Below are positions 1 through 10,118 of a DNA stretch of 41,727 nt, in pieces. The first letter of the stretch is position 1; every line of letters starts with the position of its first letter. Source of the DNA: Candidatus Magasanikiibacteriota bacterium (GTDB taxonomy: Bacteria > Patescibacteriota > Patescibacteriia > Magasanikbacterales > UBA922); contig JAHFIC010000001.1 of NCBI GenBank assembly GCA_023246555.1, forward strand, positions 8,528 to 50,254. Reading direction: 5' to 3'. The position numbers were made by a program, and so were the translations under genes. The notes beneath the pieces were generated by a model, which was not told where the DNA came from, searched no databases, and saw nothing but the letters and a program-made list of their open reading frames with translations.

Positions 1-1
1 T

Positions 2-1345
2 CGCTCTTCCTACAAAGCGACACCAGGGCTTACAGAAGCCGTCGTGCGCGAGATTAGTGCGCAAAAAAATGAACCGGCGTGGATGCTTGAGAAACGACTG
101 AAGGCGTTTGCATTGTATAAGGAGGCACCAATGCCGCACTTTGGACCGGATTTGAGCGGTTTGAAACTTGATGAAATTGTGTATTTTGTCCGCCCGGGGA
201 CAGAAGAAAAGAAAAGTTGGGACGATGTGCCGGAAGATATTCGTCGCACCTTCGATCGCCTTGGGATTCCAGAAGCGGAAAAAACCGTTTTAGCCGGCGT
301 TGGCGCGCAATATGATTCCGATGTGGTGTATCACCACATTCAGGATAGTCTAAAAAAGCAAGGCGTCATTTTTGAAAACATGGATGTGGCATTACAGAAA
401 TATCCGGACATGGTGCGGGAGTATTTCATGACGCAGTGTGTGCCAATCAATGATCACAAATTTGTTATGCTCCACGCGGCAGTTTGGAGCGGGGGAACAT
501 TTATTTACATTCCAAAAGGCGTGAAAGTTGAACTGCCGCTTCAGGCCTATTTTCGCATGAACGCCGAGCGTGGCGGGCAATTCGAACACACATTGATTAT
601 TGTCGATGAGGGCGCCGAGGTCACCTATATCGAAGGCTGCTCTGCTCCAAAATACAATGCGAGTTCGCTTCATGCCGGTTGTGTTGAAATTTTTGTCAAA
701 AAAGGCGCGCGGGCGCGGTATTATTCTATAGAAAATTGGTCAAAAAACACCTATAACTTGAACACCAAGCGCGCGCTCGTGGACGAGCATGGGATCATGG
801 AGTGGGTTTCCGGGAATATGGGAAGCGGCGTTACCATGCTTTATCCGTGTTCAATTCTTCGTGGAGCCTACGCTCGAACCGACAATCTGGGTTTGGCATT
901 TGCCGGCCCCGGACAATATCAAGATGTGGGCGCAAAAGCCATTCACGCGGCGCCATATACAAAATCTACGATTCGATCTAAATCGATCTGCGTCGGCGGC
1001 GGCACTGCTATTTTTCGTGGCTTGGTTCGGATTACGAGGAAGGGTAGGGGCGCTGATACATTTCAGTCCTGTGACGCGCTGCTACTCGATGAGGATTCCA
1101 AAGCTGATACCTATCCGATGCTCAAAATTGATACCAACGACGTCTCGGCGGCGCATGAAGCGCGCGTCGGTCGGATCGATGAGGAGAAGATTTTTTATCT
1201 CATGAGCCGAGGGTTGAACGAAGAACAGGCGACATCGCTCGTGGTCGCTGGATTCATCGAACCGATTGTGAAGGCACTGCCGCTCGAGTACGCGTTGGAA
1301 TTGAATAAGTTAATTGAGATGGAGATGGAGGGGGCGGTGGGGTGA
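2..1345 (+). CDS. sufB: Fe-S cluster assembly protein SufB (SufB/SufD family), 5' end cut by window edge
   Basis: The ORF track starts at GTG 44, but the same frame is open back to nt 2 (..TPGLTEAVVREISAQKNEPAWMLEKRLKAF..), which looks like internal SufB N-terminal sequence. The SufB-like C-terminal region reads ..DTYPMLKIDTNDVSAAHEARVGRIDEEKIFYLMSRGL... Stop TGA at 1343-1345. Confidence 0.9.
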   Translation, partial: RSSYKATPGLTEAVVREISAQKNEPAWMLEKRLKAFALYKEAPMPHFGPDLSGLKLDEIVYFVRPGTEEKKSWDDVPEDIRRTFDRLGIPEAEKTVLAGVGAQYDSDVVYHHIQDSLKKQGVIFENMDVALQKYPDMVREYFMTQCVPINDHKFVMLHAAVWSGGTFIYIPKGVKVELPLQAYFRMNAERGGQFEHTLIIVDEGAEVTYIEGCSAPKYNASSLHAGCVEIFVKKGARARYYSIENWSKNTYNLNTKRALVDEHGIMEWVSGNMGSGVTMLYPCSILRGAYARTDNLGLAFAGPGQYQDVGAKAIHAAPYTKSTIRSKSICVGGGTAIFRGLVRITRKGRGADTFQSCDALLLDEDSKADTYPMLKIDTNDVSAAHEARVGRIDEEKIFYLMSRGLNEEQATSLVVAGFIEPIVKALPLEYALELNKLIEMEMEGAVG

Positions 1346-1367
1346 ACGTGACAAAAATTTTCGTTGT

Positions 1368-2600
1368 ATGAATATTGAAGAAATAAAAAAAGATTTTCCG
1401 ATTTTTAAAACCCAACCAAATCTGGTTTATCTTGATAATGCGTCGACGACGCAAACACCACAAGTCGTTCTCGACGCCATGAACGCTTACTATACAAAAT
1501 TTCGGGCGAATATTCATCGCAGTGTGTACAAATTAAGCCAAGAAGCCACTGACATGTATGAAAGCGCGCGGAAAGTTGTGGCTGGGTTTATCGGCGCAGA
1601 GTTTGAAGAGATTTTTTTTACCTCTGGCACGACCCAGGGGCTCAACATGCTGGCGCAGACATTGGGCAGGGGATTGAAGAAGTGGGATAATGTGGTTCTG
1701 ACTCGAATGGAGCACCATGCGAATTTAATTCCGTGGCAGGAGATGAGTAAGAGATATGGGTTTGAGATAAGATTCATTGAATTGACTTCAGACTTCAGAC
1801 TTCAGACTTCAGACTTGCCGATTGATGAACATACGAAAATTGTTTCGTTTGTACATGTGTCGAATACGCTTGGGACAATAAACCCGGCGAAGGAAATCAT
1901 TGCGTTGGCAAAAAAGGTGGGCGCGGTGACGATTGTTGACGCGGCGCAGTCGGTGGCGCACATGCCAATTGCTGTGAAAGAACTCGATTGTGACTTTTTG
2001 GCATTTTCCGGACACAAAATGTACGGGCCAACCGGAATTGGCGTGGTGTATGGCAAACGTGAGCGATTGGAAGCGCTGGATCCGTTTCTGTTTGGCGGCG
2101 ATATGATTAAGGAAGTAACGTTTGAAAGAGCGACGTGGCATGATGTGCCGTGGCTGTTTGAGGCAGGAACGCCAAATATTGCCGGGGCGATTGGACTCGC
2201 GGCAGCGGTGCAGTTTGTCGGGAAGGTTGGATTTGATGTGATTAAATCACATGAAGAAGAATTGACCGAGTATGCGTTGCAGGAGTTAGAGAAGATAGAG
2301 GGGCTAAGTATTGTTGGGCCAATTGGAGACCTCACCCAGACCCTCTCCTACAAGGAGAGGGGTACGTTGTATCGCACAGGCGTCATCTCCTTCACTCTAA
2401 ACAATATCCACCCGCACGACATCGCCACGATTCTCGATCGACACAATGTCGCTGTCCGAGCCGGACACCACTGTACCATGCCACTCATGCAATACTTAGG
2501 CTTGCCGGGAACGACGAGGGCATCGTTTGGGATGTATAATTCTAAAGAAGATGTGGATGAGCTTATACACGCATTGTGCGAAGTAAAAAAGATTTTTTAG
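1368..2600 (+). CDS. sufS: Cysteine desulfurase SufS (class V PLP aminotransferase)
   Basis: ATG at 1368 gives MNIEEIKKDFPIFK.., the typical SufS N-terminus. The ORF-track start at 1314 overlaps sufB and adds an RW-rich artefact. Motifs: HVSNTLGT, the PLP-lysine region FSGHKMYGPTGIGV, and the catalytic-Cys loop RAGHHCTMPL. Confidence 0.92.
   Translation: MNIEEIKKDFPIFKTQPNLVYLDNASTTQTPQVVLDAMNAYYTKFRANIHRSVYKLSQEATDMYESARKVVAGFIGAEFEEIFFTSGTTQGLNMLAQTLGRGLKKWDNVVLTRMEHHANLIPWQEMSKRYGFEIRFIELTSDFRLQTSDLPIDEHTKIVSFVHVSNTLGTINPAKEIIALAKKVGAVTIVDAAQSVAHMPIAVKELDCDFLAFSGHKMYGPTGIGVVYGKRERLEALDPFLFGGDMIKEVTFERATWHDVPWLFEAGTPNIAGAIGLAAAVQFVGKVGFDVIKSHEEELTEYALQELEKIEGLSIVGPIGDLTQTLSYKERGTLYRTGVISFTLNNIHPHDIATILDRHNVAVRAGHHCTMPLMQYLGLPGTTRASFGMYNSKEDVDELIHALCEVKKIF
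1784..1816 (+). repeat. Tandem heptanucleotide repeat (GACTTCA x about 4.7) inside sufS
   Basis: Direct reading: gacttca at 1784, 1791, 1798 and 1805, then gactt at 1812-1816. It encodes ..TSDFRLQTSDL... Confidence 0.95.
2341..2361 (+). repeat. Perfect 9-bp-stem palindrome (ccctctcct-aca-aggagaggg) inside an extra segment of sufS
   Basis: 2341-2349 is the exact reverse complement of 2353-2361, with a 3-nt loop. It lies within the stretch encoding GP-IGDLTQTLSYKERGTLYRT-GVISF. Confidence 0.9.
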
Positions 2601-2622
2601 CGGCAATATACTTTATTCTATT

Positions 2623-3309
2623 ATGGACACTTCCCAAACCTTTGGCGGCGATAAAAAAGTCGGAAAATCACTGTTGCACGCTCCTGAACAAGCCTGTATC
2701 TCTTTTCTCGCGCCTCGGGTGCCGGTTTGGTTGCGCTCGCACCACCTCACTTTGCTTTCCATTCCGATCAGTATAGGTGTTGTACTTTTCAGTTATTTTG
2801 GTTCAATGAATATTCAGTGGCTCTGGATGGTGTCGATGTTCATATTTTTTCAATGGCTCACAGATTCTTTAGATGGCGCAGTAGGAAGACTCCGTCAGGA
2901 GGGGCTTATACGGTGGGGATACTATATGGATCACTTTTTGGACTATATTTTTCTTGCCGCAATCCTTATTGGGTATATGCTCCTTTTGCCGGATCAATCC
3001 CGGTGGATTCACTTCTTTGTTTTCGCTATTTTTGGTGCGTTTATGGTGAATTCCTATCTTGCATTCGCCGCGTCAAATCAATTTCGTATCTCTCACCTTA
3101 GTGTTGGTCCGACAGAAATACGCTTGTTATTTATTCTTATTAACACATTAATAATCCTTTTTGGGAAAACGCACCTTGCCGTTTCACTGCCATATGTGCT
3201 TGGATTCGCAACCTTCGGACTTATTATCGTAGTTTATCAAACACAGAAAGAGATTTGGTTTTTGGATATGAAAAATAAAAACAAGACGTTCATTAGCAAA
3301 TTGGATTAA
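2623..3309 (+). CDS. CDP-alcohol phosphatidyltransferase family membrane protein
   Basis: Multi-pass hydrophobic protein. DSLDGAVGR-x9-G-YYM-D-HFL-D closely matches the family signature DGxxAR..G..D..D. Confidence 0.75.
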   Translation: MDTSQTFGGDKKVGKSLLHAPEQACISFLAPRVPVWLRSHHLTLLSIPISIGVVLFSYFGSMNIQWLWMVSMFIFFQWLTDSLDGAVGRLRQEGLIRWGYYMDHFLDYIFLAAILIGYMLLLPDQSRWIHFFVFAIFGAFMVNSYLAFAASNQFRISHLSVGPTEIRLLFILINTLIILFGKTHLAVSLPYVLGFATFGLIIVVYQTQKEIWFLDMKNKNKTFISKLD

Positions 3310-3310
3310 C

Positions 3311-3682
3311 ATGATCGAAGATTTATACAAAGAAACCATCCTCGAACTCAACCGGCACCCACTAAATAAAAATCTGCTGGATGACTTTGGTATTGAAACT
3401 CGGGAGTTTAATCCCGTATGCGGAGATGATATTACTGTCCGTATTAAATTTGATAAAGTGGGGAATGTGATAGGTATTGGTCACCAAGGCGTTGGGTGCG
3501 CAATTTCGACCGCGGCCGCGTCAGTCGTGACAGAAGCGGTCAAAGGAAGATCAAAAAATGAAATCATGAACATGGATATCCAAACCATTTACCGATTGCT
3601 TGGCACGGAGATTATCGCGACACGCCATCAATGCGCCCTTTTGGCGCTCAAAGCCATACAAACTTTATGCCGCTCGAACTAA
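3311..3682 (+). CDS. sufU: SufU/IscU-like Fe-S assembly sulfur-acceptor protein
   Basis: LYKETILELNRHPLNK.., and conserved Cys contexts NPVCGDDI, GVGCAIS and HQCALLA typical of SufU/NifU-N domain proteins. Confidence 0.82.
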   Translation: MIEDLYKETILELNRHPLNKNLLDDFGIETREFNPVCGDDITVRIKFDKVGNVIGIGHQGVGCAISTAAASVVTEAVKGRSKNEIMNMDIQTIYRLLGTEIIATRHQCALLALKAIQTLCRSN

Positions 3683-4392
3683 AGCATTTGCGTATCGTCG
3701 TCCAGGAAAAAAAAATCGTTCACGATGTTTCGTTTGTGATCCAGCCGGGCGAAGTTCACGCCATCATGGGGCCGAATGGTTCGGGCAAGTCAACGCTCGC
3801 CAACGCGATCATGGGACATCCGAAGTATACGATTACCGACGGACAAATTATTCTTGACGGCGAAGATATTACTCGAATTAAAGTTCATGAAAAAGCGAAA
3901 AAAGGACTATTTCTTTCCCTGCAATATCCACCGGAAGTTGCGGGCGTATCGGTCAATAATTTTTTGCGCACATCCGTTGCCGCGATCACGGGAGAAAAAC
4001 AGCACCCAATCAAATTTCATGAAATGCTCTTGGGGAAAATGAAAGAATTGGGTATTGATTCATCATTTGCCGGGCGATCAGTCAACGCGGGATTTTCCGG
4101 CGGCGAAAAAAAACGCCTGGAAATTCTTCAGCTTCTTGTTTTGAATCCAAGATACATCATTCTTGACGAGACTGATTCCGGTCTTGATGTCGACGCGCTC
4201 AAAGTCGTGGGGGACGGCATCAATCGTTTCCGCTCACCAGAGCATGGTATTATTCTTATTACGCATTACAATCGTATTCTGCAATATGTGCGGCCGGATT
4301 ATGTGCATATTATGGTTGGTGGGAAGATAGTAAAAAGTGGTGGCAGCGAACTGGCGGAAAACATTGAAAAAAACGGATATGCCAACACGTGA
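3667..4392 (+). CDS. sufC: Fe-S assembly ATPase SufC (ABC-type)
   Basis: ATG 3667 gives MPLELKHLRIVV... Walker A GPNGSGKST, ABC signature FSGGEKKR, Walker B ILDETDSGLD. It overlaps the sufU stop by 16 nt. The ORF-track start at 3631 is probably an extension. Confidence 0.92.
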   Translation: MPLELKHLRIVVQEKKIVHDVSFVIQPGEVHAIMGPNGSGKSTLANAIMGHPKYTITDGQIILDGEDITRIKVHEKAKKGLFLSLQYPPEVAGVSVNNFLRTSVAAITGEKQHPIKFHEMLLGKMKELGIDSSFAGRSVNAGFSGGEKKRLEILQLLVLNPRYIILDETDSGLDVDALKVVGDGINRFRSPEHGIILITHYNRILQYVRPDYVHIMVGGKIVKSGGSELAENIEKNGYANT

Positions 4393-4666
4393 ACAAGTTG
4401 TCGAGATGTTGGAAACAATCCAAGATCCGGAAGTAAACATGGATATCTGGACCATGGGTTTGATATACGCGATCGATATCGAAAACGAAAAAACTATCCA
4501 CATTCTCATGACCCTTACGTCTCCCGCGTGTCCTCTCGGGCCTTTTATCCAAAGTGAAGTCACCGATGCTATGCGTCAGATCGGCTTTTCTTCGGTTGAA
4601 ATTGAACTGACGTTTGACCCGCCGTGGCAGCCACCAGAGAAATTGCGCGAGGCGTTGGGAATATGA
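4379..4666 (+). CDS. sufT: DUF59 (SufT/PaaD-like) Fe-S assembly accessory protein
   Basis: ATG 4379 gives MPTREQVVEMLETIQDPEVNMDIWTMGLIY..TLTSPACPLG, the DUF59 hallmark. It overlaps the sufC stop (TGA 4390-4392). Confidence 0.72.
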   Translation: MPTREQVVEMLETIQDPEVNMDIWTMGLIYAIDIENEKTIHILMTLTSPACPLGPFIQSEVTDAMRQIGFSSVEIELTFDPPWQPPEKLREALGI

Positions 4667-4708
4667 TATTGTAAACAATACGTCAAGGTGAAAAGTTGAC
4701 TTCTAAGT

Positions 4709-5626
4709 ATGCCAGATCAGACAGAAGAATCATCAACCATTGTAGTGCCAAGTTTTCGAGACACGTTCCGTGAGATTTTTGAGCAAGTGAAGGAAAGAAA
4801 AGTTTTGCTTGCGAAAAGAATCGTTCTGCTTGCGGGACCGACGACAGTGGCATATTTCCTCTTATTGGCCGTTTTCTCATATGTTCTTGTTACGGCGAAT
4901 CTAACTGGTCGTGGTGAAATTATTTCTACCGAAAATTTTACTTTGATATATGTGATGTGTGCTGCTATCGTTAGCACTGTTGTCTATTACATAACTGTAT
5001 CATCAATATTTTTTTTGGAAAAAATTATTTGGGTAGACTCGCGATATGATAAAAGAACGCTTGATCCAGAAGAGAGCTGGCGAACCGCGAAGAAGTTGTT
5101 CTGGCCATCACAAAAAATTCGGATTCGGCTCTTTGCTACATATCATCTCCCAGCGATACTTATAGCAGCTATACTAGTTTATGTGAGTATTCTGTTAAGT
5201 GAATTTTTTGATGACGCATCAGGGGGTAATTTTTTGGCCGGAGTAAACATCACCATTTCTGCTGGATTGGTGGTATATTTTTATGCGTTGAAAGTTAAAT
5301 TCAGGTTTCTGTGGTTTATTTTTCTTGATCTTTATGGAAAAGATGGCTATGCATTCGCGCGTATGCTCGAGGAGATGAAATTTTTAAATAGGATTGATGC
5401 CAAAAAAGTTCGTTCGCGCGTTCTTGTGACCCAATTACTTTCTGAATTTTCTACCGCACGAAACTCCGGGGTTGGTGCAGGATCTCTTGCCATTCAGTCT
5501 GGAAGAGCAATCAAAAATGAACCACTGAGGCAGATAGCAAATTTTGCAAAAATTATCATTTTCCACCTTCTTTATCGTCACGTTCGGAAACTTGCGTATA
5601 ACAATACCCAGGCTGTCAATACCTAA
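4709..5626 (+). CDS. Hypothetical multi-pass membrane protein
   Basis: 305-aa ORF with several long hydrophobic segments and no motif I recognise. It is co-directional with and 5 nt upstream of the ferredoxin gene. Confidence 0.6.
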   Translation: MPDQTEESSTIVVPSFRDTFREIFEQVKERKVLLAKRIVLLAGPTTVAYFLLLAVFSYVLVTANLTGRGEIISTENFTLIYVMCAAIVSTVVYYITVSSIFFLEKIIWVDSRYDKRTLDPEESWRTAKKLFWPSQKIRIRLFATYHLPAILIAAILVYVSILLSEFFDDASGGNFLAGVNITISAGLVVYFYALKVKFRFLWFIFLDLYGKDGYAFARMLEEMKFLNRIDAKKVRSRVLVTQLLSEFSTARNSGVGAGSLAIQSGRAIKNEPLRQIANFAKIIIFHLLYRHVRKLAYNNTQAVNT

Positions 5627-5631
5627 TTACT

Positions 5632-5904
5632 ATGGGTGTCGAAAGTAAAGAACCGCTAGCCGATGCGCCACGAAAAATTGGCAACATCCGCAGGATCGTT
5701 GTGGATCGCACCGCTTGTATCGGCGCGCGGTCGTGTGTTTTGGTGTCAAGCAAAATTTTTGCCATGGATGATCAGAATCTGGCATATATTCTGGACCCAG
5801 ATGCCGATGACGATGAGAACCTCAAGCTCGCGGCACAATCATGTCCTGTTTTGGCAATTCACCTATATAACGAAGACGGAAAAAAAATTTTTCCGGAAGA
5901 GTAA
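5632..5904 (+). CDS. Small single-cluster ferredoxin (CxxAxxC...CP, [3Fe-4S]-type ligand pattern)
   Basis: 90 aa. ..VDRTACIGARSCVLV.. plus ..AAQSCPVLAI.. gives three Cys in the C-x2-A-x2-C ... C-P arrangement. Confidence 0.7.
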   Translation: MGVESKEPLADAPRKIGNIRRIVVDRTACIGARSCVLVSSKIFAMDDQNLAYILDPDADDDENLKLAAQSCPVLAIHLYNEDGKKIFPEE

Positions 5905-5918
5905 ACCCTCGGCGGACT

Positions 5919-6251
5919 CTATTTTGAAGTAAAGTGGGTCAACACCAAAGCAAGAAAGAAGCATGCGATATACGCAATCGTAAAATTCAGCCAGTGTGTT
6001 TTTACGAAGTGAAGGTTCATCCAAAGAAGCAAAATACTAAAGAATATCGCAGCAATTGCACCATAAATTCCTCCAATAAGAAAATCACGAGAAATACTCC
6101 GATCATTCAGTGTCAGGATGACATAGGATATTGCAAAGACAACAGGAATACCTCCGATGGCACCAGCGAGCTTCGGTCCAGAAAATTTTGCAATAAGTAA
6201 AATAATTGCTGTAACAGCCGCTGACAGGAGACTCTTGAGAAGTATTTCCAT
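5919..6251 (-). CDS. Small 4-TM membrane protein (possibly DUF3147-like)
   Basis: 110 aa, almost entirely hydrophobic helices. It lies 2 nt downstream of clpB on the same strand. The family assignment is from memory only. Confidence 0.5.
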   Translation of the reverse strand: MEILLKSLLSAAVTAIILLIAKFSGPKLAGAIGGIPVVFAISYVILTLNDRSISRDFLIGGIYGAIAAIFFSILLLWMNLHFVKTHWLNFTIAYIACFFLALVLTHFTSK

Positions 6252-6253
6252 AG

Positions 6254-8893
<2,640 letters not shown>

Positions 8894-8917
8894 AATTGGC
8901 GATGATTTGAAAGCATT

Positions 8918-8944
8918 TTAGCACTCAAGTATATAGAGTGCTAA
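8918..8944. promoter_or_regulatory. CIRCE operator (HrcA binding site) upstream of clpB
   Basis: TTAGCACTC-aagtatata-GAGTGCTAA is a perfect match to the CIRCE consensus TTAGCACTC-N9-GAGTGCTAA. It lies 25-51 nt upstream of the clpB ATG (8893). Confidence 0.88.
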
Positions 8945-8945
8945 T

Positions 8946-8993
8946 ACCGTATCATGCTTGAAAAACGGTGTCAAGAACGATAGTATTATACCA
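8946..8993 (-). promoter_or_regulatory. Candidate sigma-70-type promoters for clpB
   Basis: On the minus strand, TTGACA (8974-8969)-N17-TACGGT (8951-8946) abuts CIRCE. Further upstream is an extended -10, TGGTATAAT (8993-8985). These are pattern matches only. Confidence 0.35.
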
Positions 8994-8994
8994 T

Positions 8995-9678
8995 ATGAAT
9001 GTGCTTGGAGTGCGAGTGGATGAGTTTACCAAACAGGCGGCACTTGATCGGGTGTTATCTTTTTTTGTTGACGGCAGACAACATACGATCTTTACACCGA
9101 ACCCGGAGATGCTCGTTGACGCGCAAAAGGACAAAGAATTTCAGAAGATTTTGAATTCTGGATCATTGAATATCTGTGACGGAAAGGGGATTGAGCTCGT
9201 GTCGCGCGGAAAACTGAAGCGAATTCCCGGCGTGGATTTTCTTTTGGACATTTGCCGCTTTGCGGCGGAGGAAAGAAAACGCATCTACCTCTTGGGTTCT
9301 CTCGATGGGGAAGTACTGCAAAAGACAAAAAGAATGTTGGAGGAAAAATTTTCTGGTATTCAGATTGTCGGCATAGATCCGAGCGACGGCGACATGGAGC
9401 AAATTCGGGCTGTGGCGCCGGATATCCTCTTTGTCGCCTTTGGCCATGGGAAGCAGGAAAAATGGATCTATGAAAATTTACTAAAATTACCGAGTGTGAG
9501 GGTCGCCATGGGGGTCGGCGGCGCGTTTGACATGCTCTCCGGCAAAACCCACCGCGCGCCTCGACTTTTGCGTAGATTCGGTTTAGAATGGCTTTGGCGG
9601 CTCATGATCCAACCGTGGCGAATTGGGCGGATTTGGAAGGCGACAGTCAAGTTTCTCTATCAGTATTTCATTTCATAA
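8995..9678 (+). CDS. WecG/TagA/CpsF-family (GT26) glycosyltransferase
   Basis: MNVLGVRVDEFT..TPNPEMLV.., ..VAFGHGKQEKWI.., ..GVGGAFDMLSGKTHRAPRLLRRFGLEWLWRL.. are typical of GT26. ATG 8995 is preferred over GTG 8968. Confidence 0.82.
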   Translation: MNVLGVRVDEFTKQAALDRVLSFFVDGRQHTIFTPNPEMLVDAQKDKEFQKILNSGSLNICDGKGIELVSRGKLKRIPGVDFLLDICRFAAEERKRIYLLGSLDGEVLQKTKRMLEEKFSGIQIVGIDPSDGDMEQIRAVAPDILFVAFGHGKQEKWIYENLLKLPSVRVAMGVGGAFDMLSGKTHRAPRLLRRFGLEWLWRLMIQPWRIGRIWKATVKFLYQYFIS

Positions 9679-9688
9679 AATTAGCGGT

Positions 9689-10102
9689 ATGATCGGAAAT
9701 TTGGAAAATTCATTGCGATTTCGAATGGATGAATTTTTCACCCATTCCCAAAATAGGGTAAACGAGTTAAGAAATAAAGCTTTGCAATTACCCGTATCCA
9801 TTACAGGCAAACTTGATCTGATTCAAAATATGATTAGACTTTACCATAATTCCGATACTGATAAATCCGGGTTAATTGAAGAGAAAGAAATGTTTGTGGA
9901 TGAAATAACGGAAAGGCTGGCTGAAGTTGAACATCTTTTTGAAAAATGGAAATCAGGCGAGCGCCAAGAAGAGCATAATTTGGTATCTGTCGACAGCACA
10001 GCTGTTAAAAAAGCCATGCATATAGCTGGTAAAATGGGGAAGTATGAAAAAAAAGCGCAAGAAGCGCATCAAAAAGAATACGAAAACGAACATGATGAAT
10101 AA
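9689..10102 (+). CDS. Hypothetical charged/helical protein
   Basis: ATG 9689 (MIGNLENSL..) lies 11 nt after the upstream stop. 137 aa, rich in E/K, with no recognised motif. Confidence 0.5.
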   Translation: MIGNLENSLRFRMDEFFTHSQNRVNELRNKALQLPVSITGKLDLIQNMIRLYHNSDTDKSGLIEEKEMFVDEITERLAEVEHLFEKWKSGERQEEHNLVSVDSTAVKKAMHIAGKMGKYEKKAQEAHQKEYENEHDE

Positions 10103-10118
10103 CTAAATGCAATTATTT

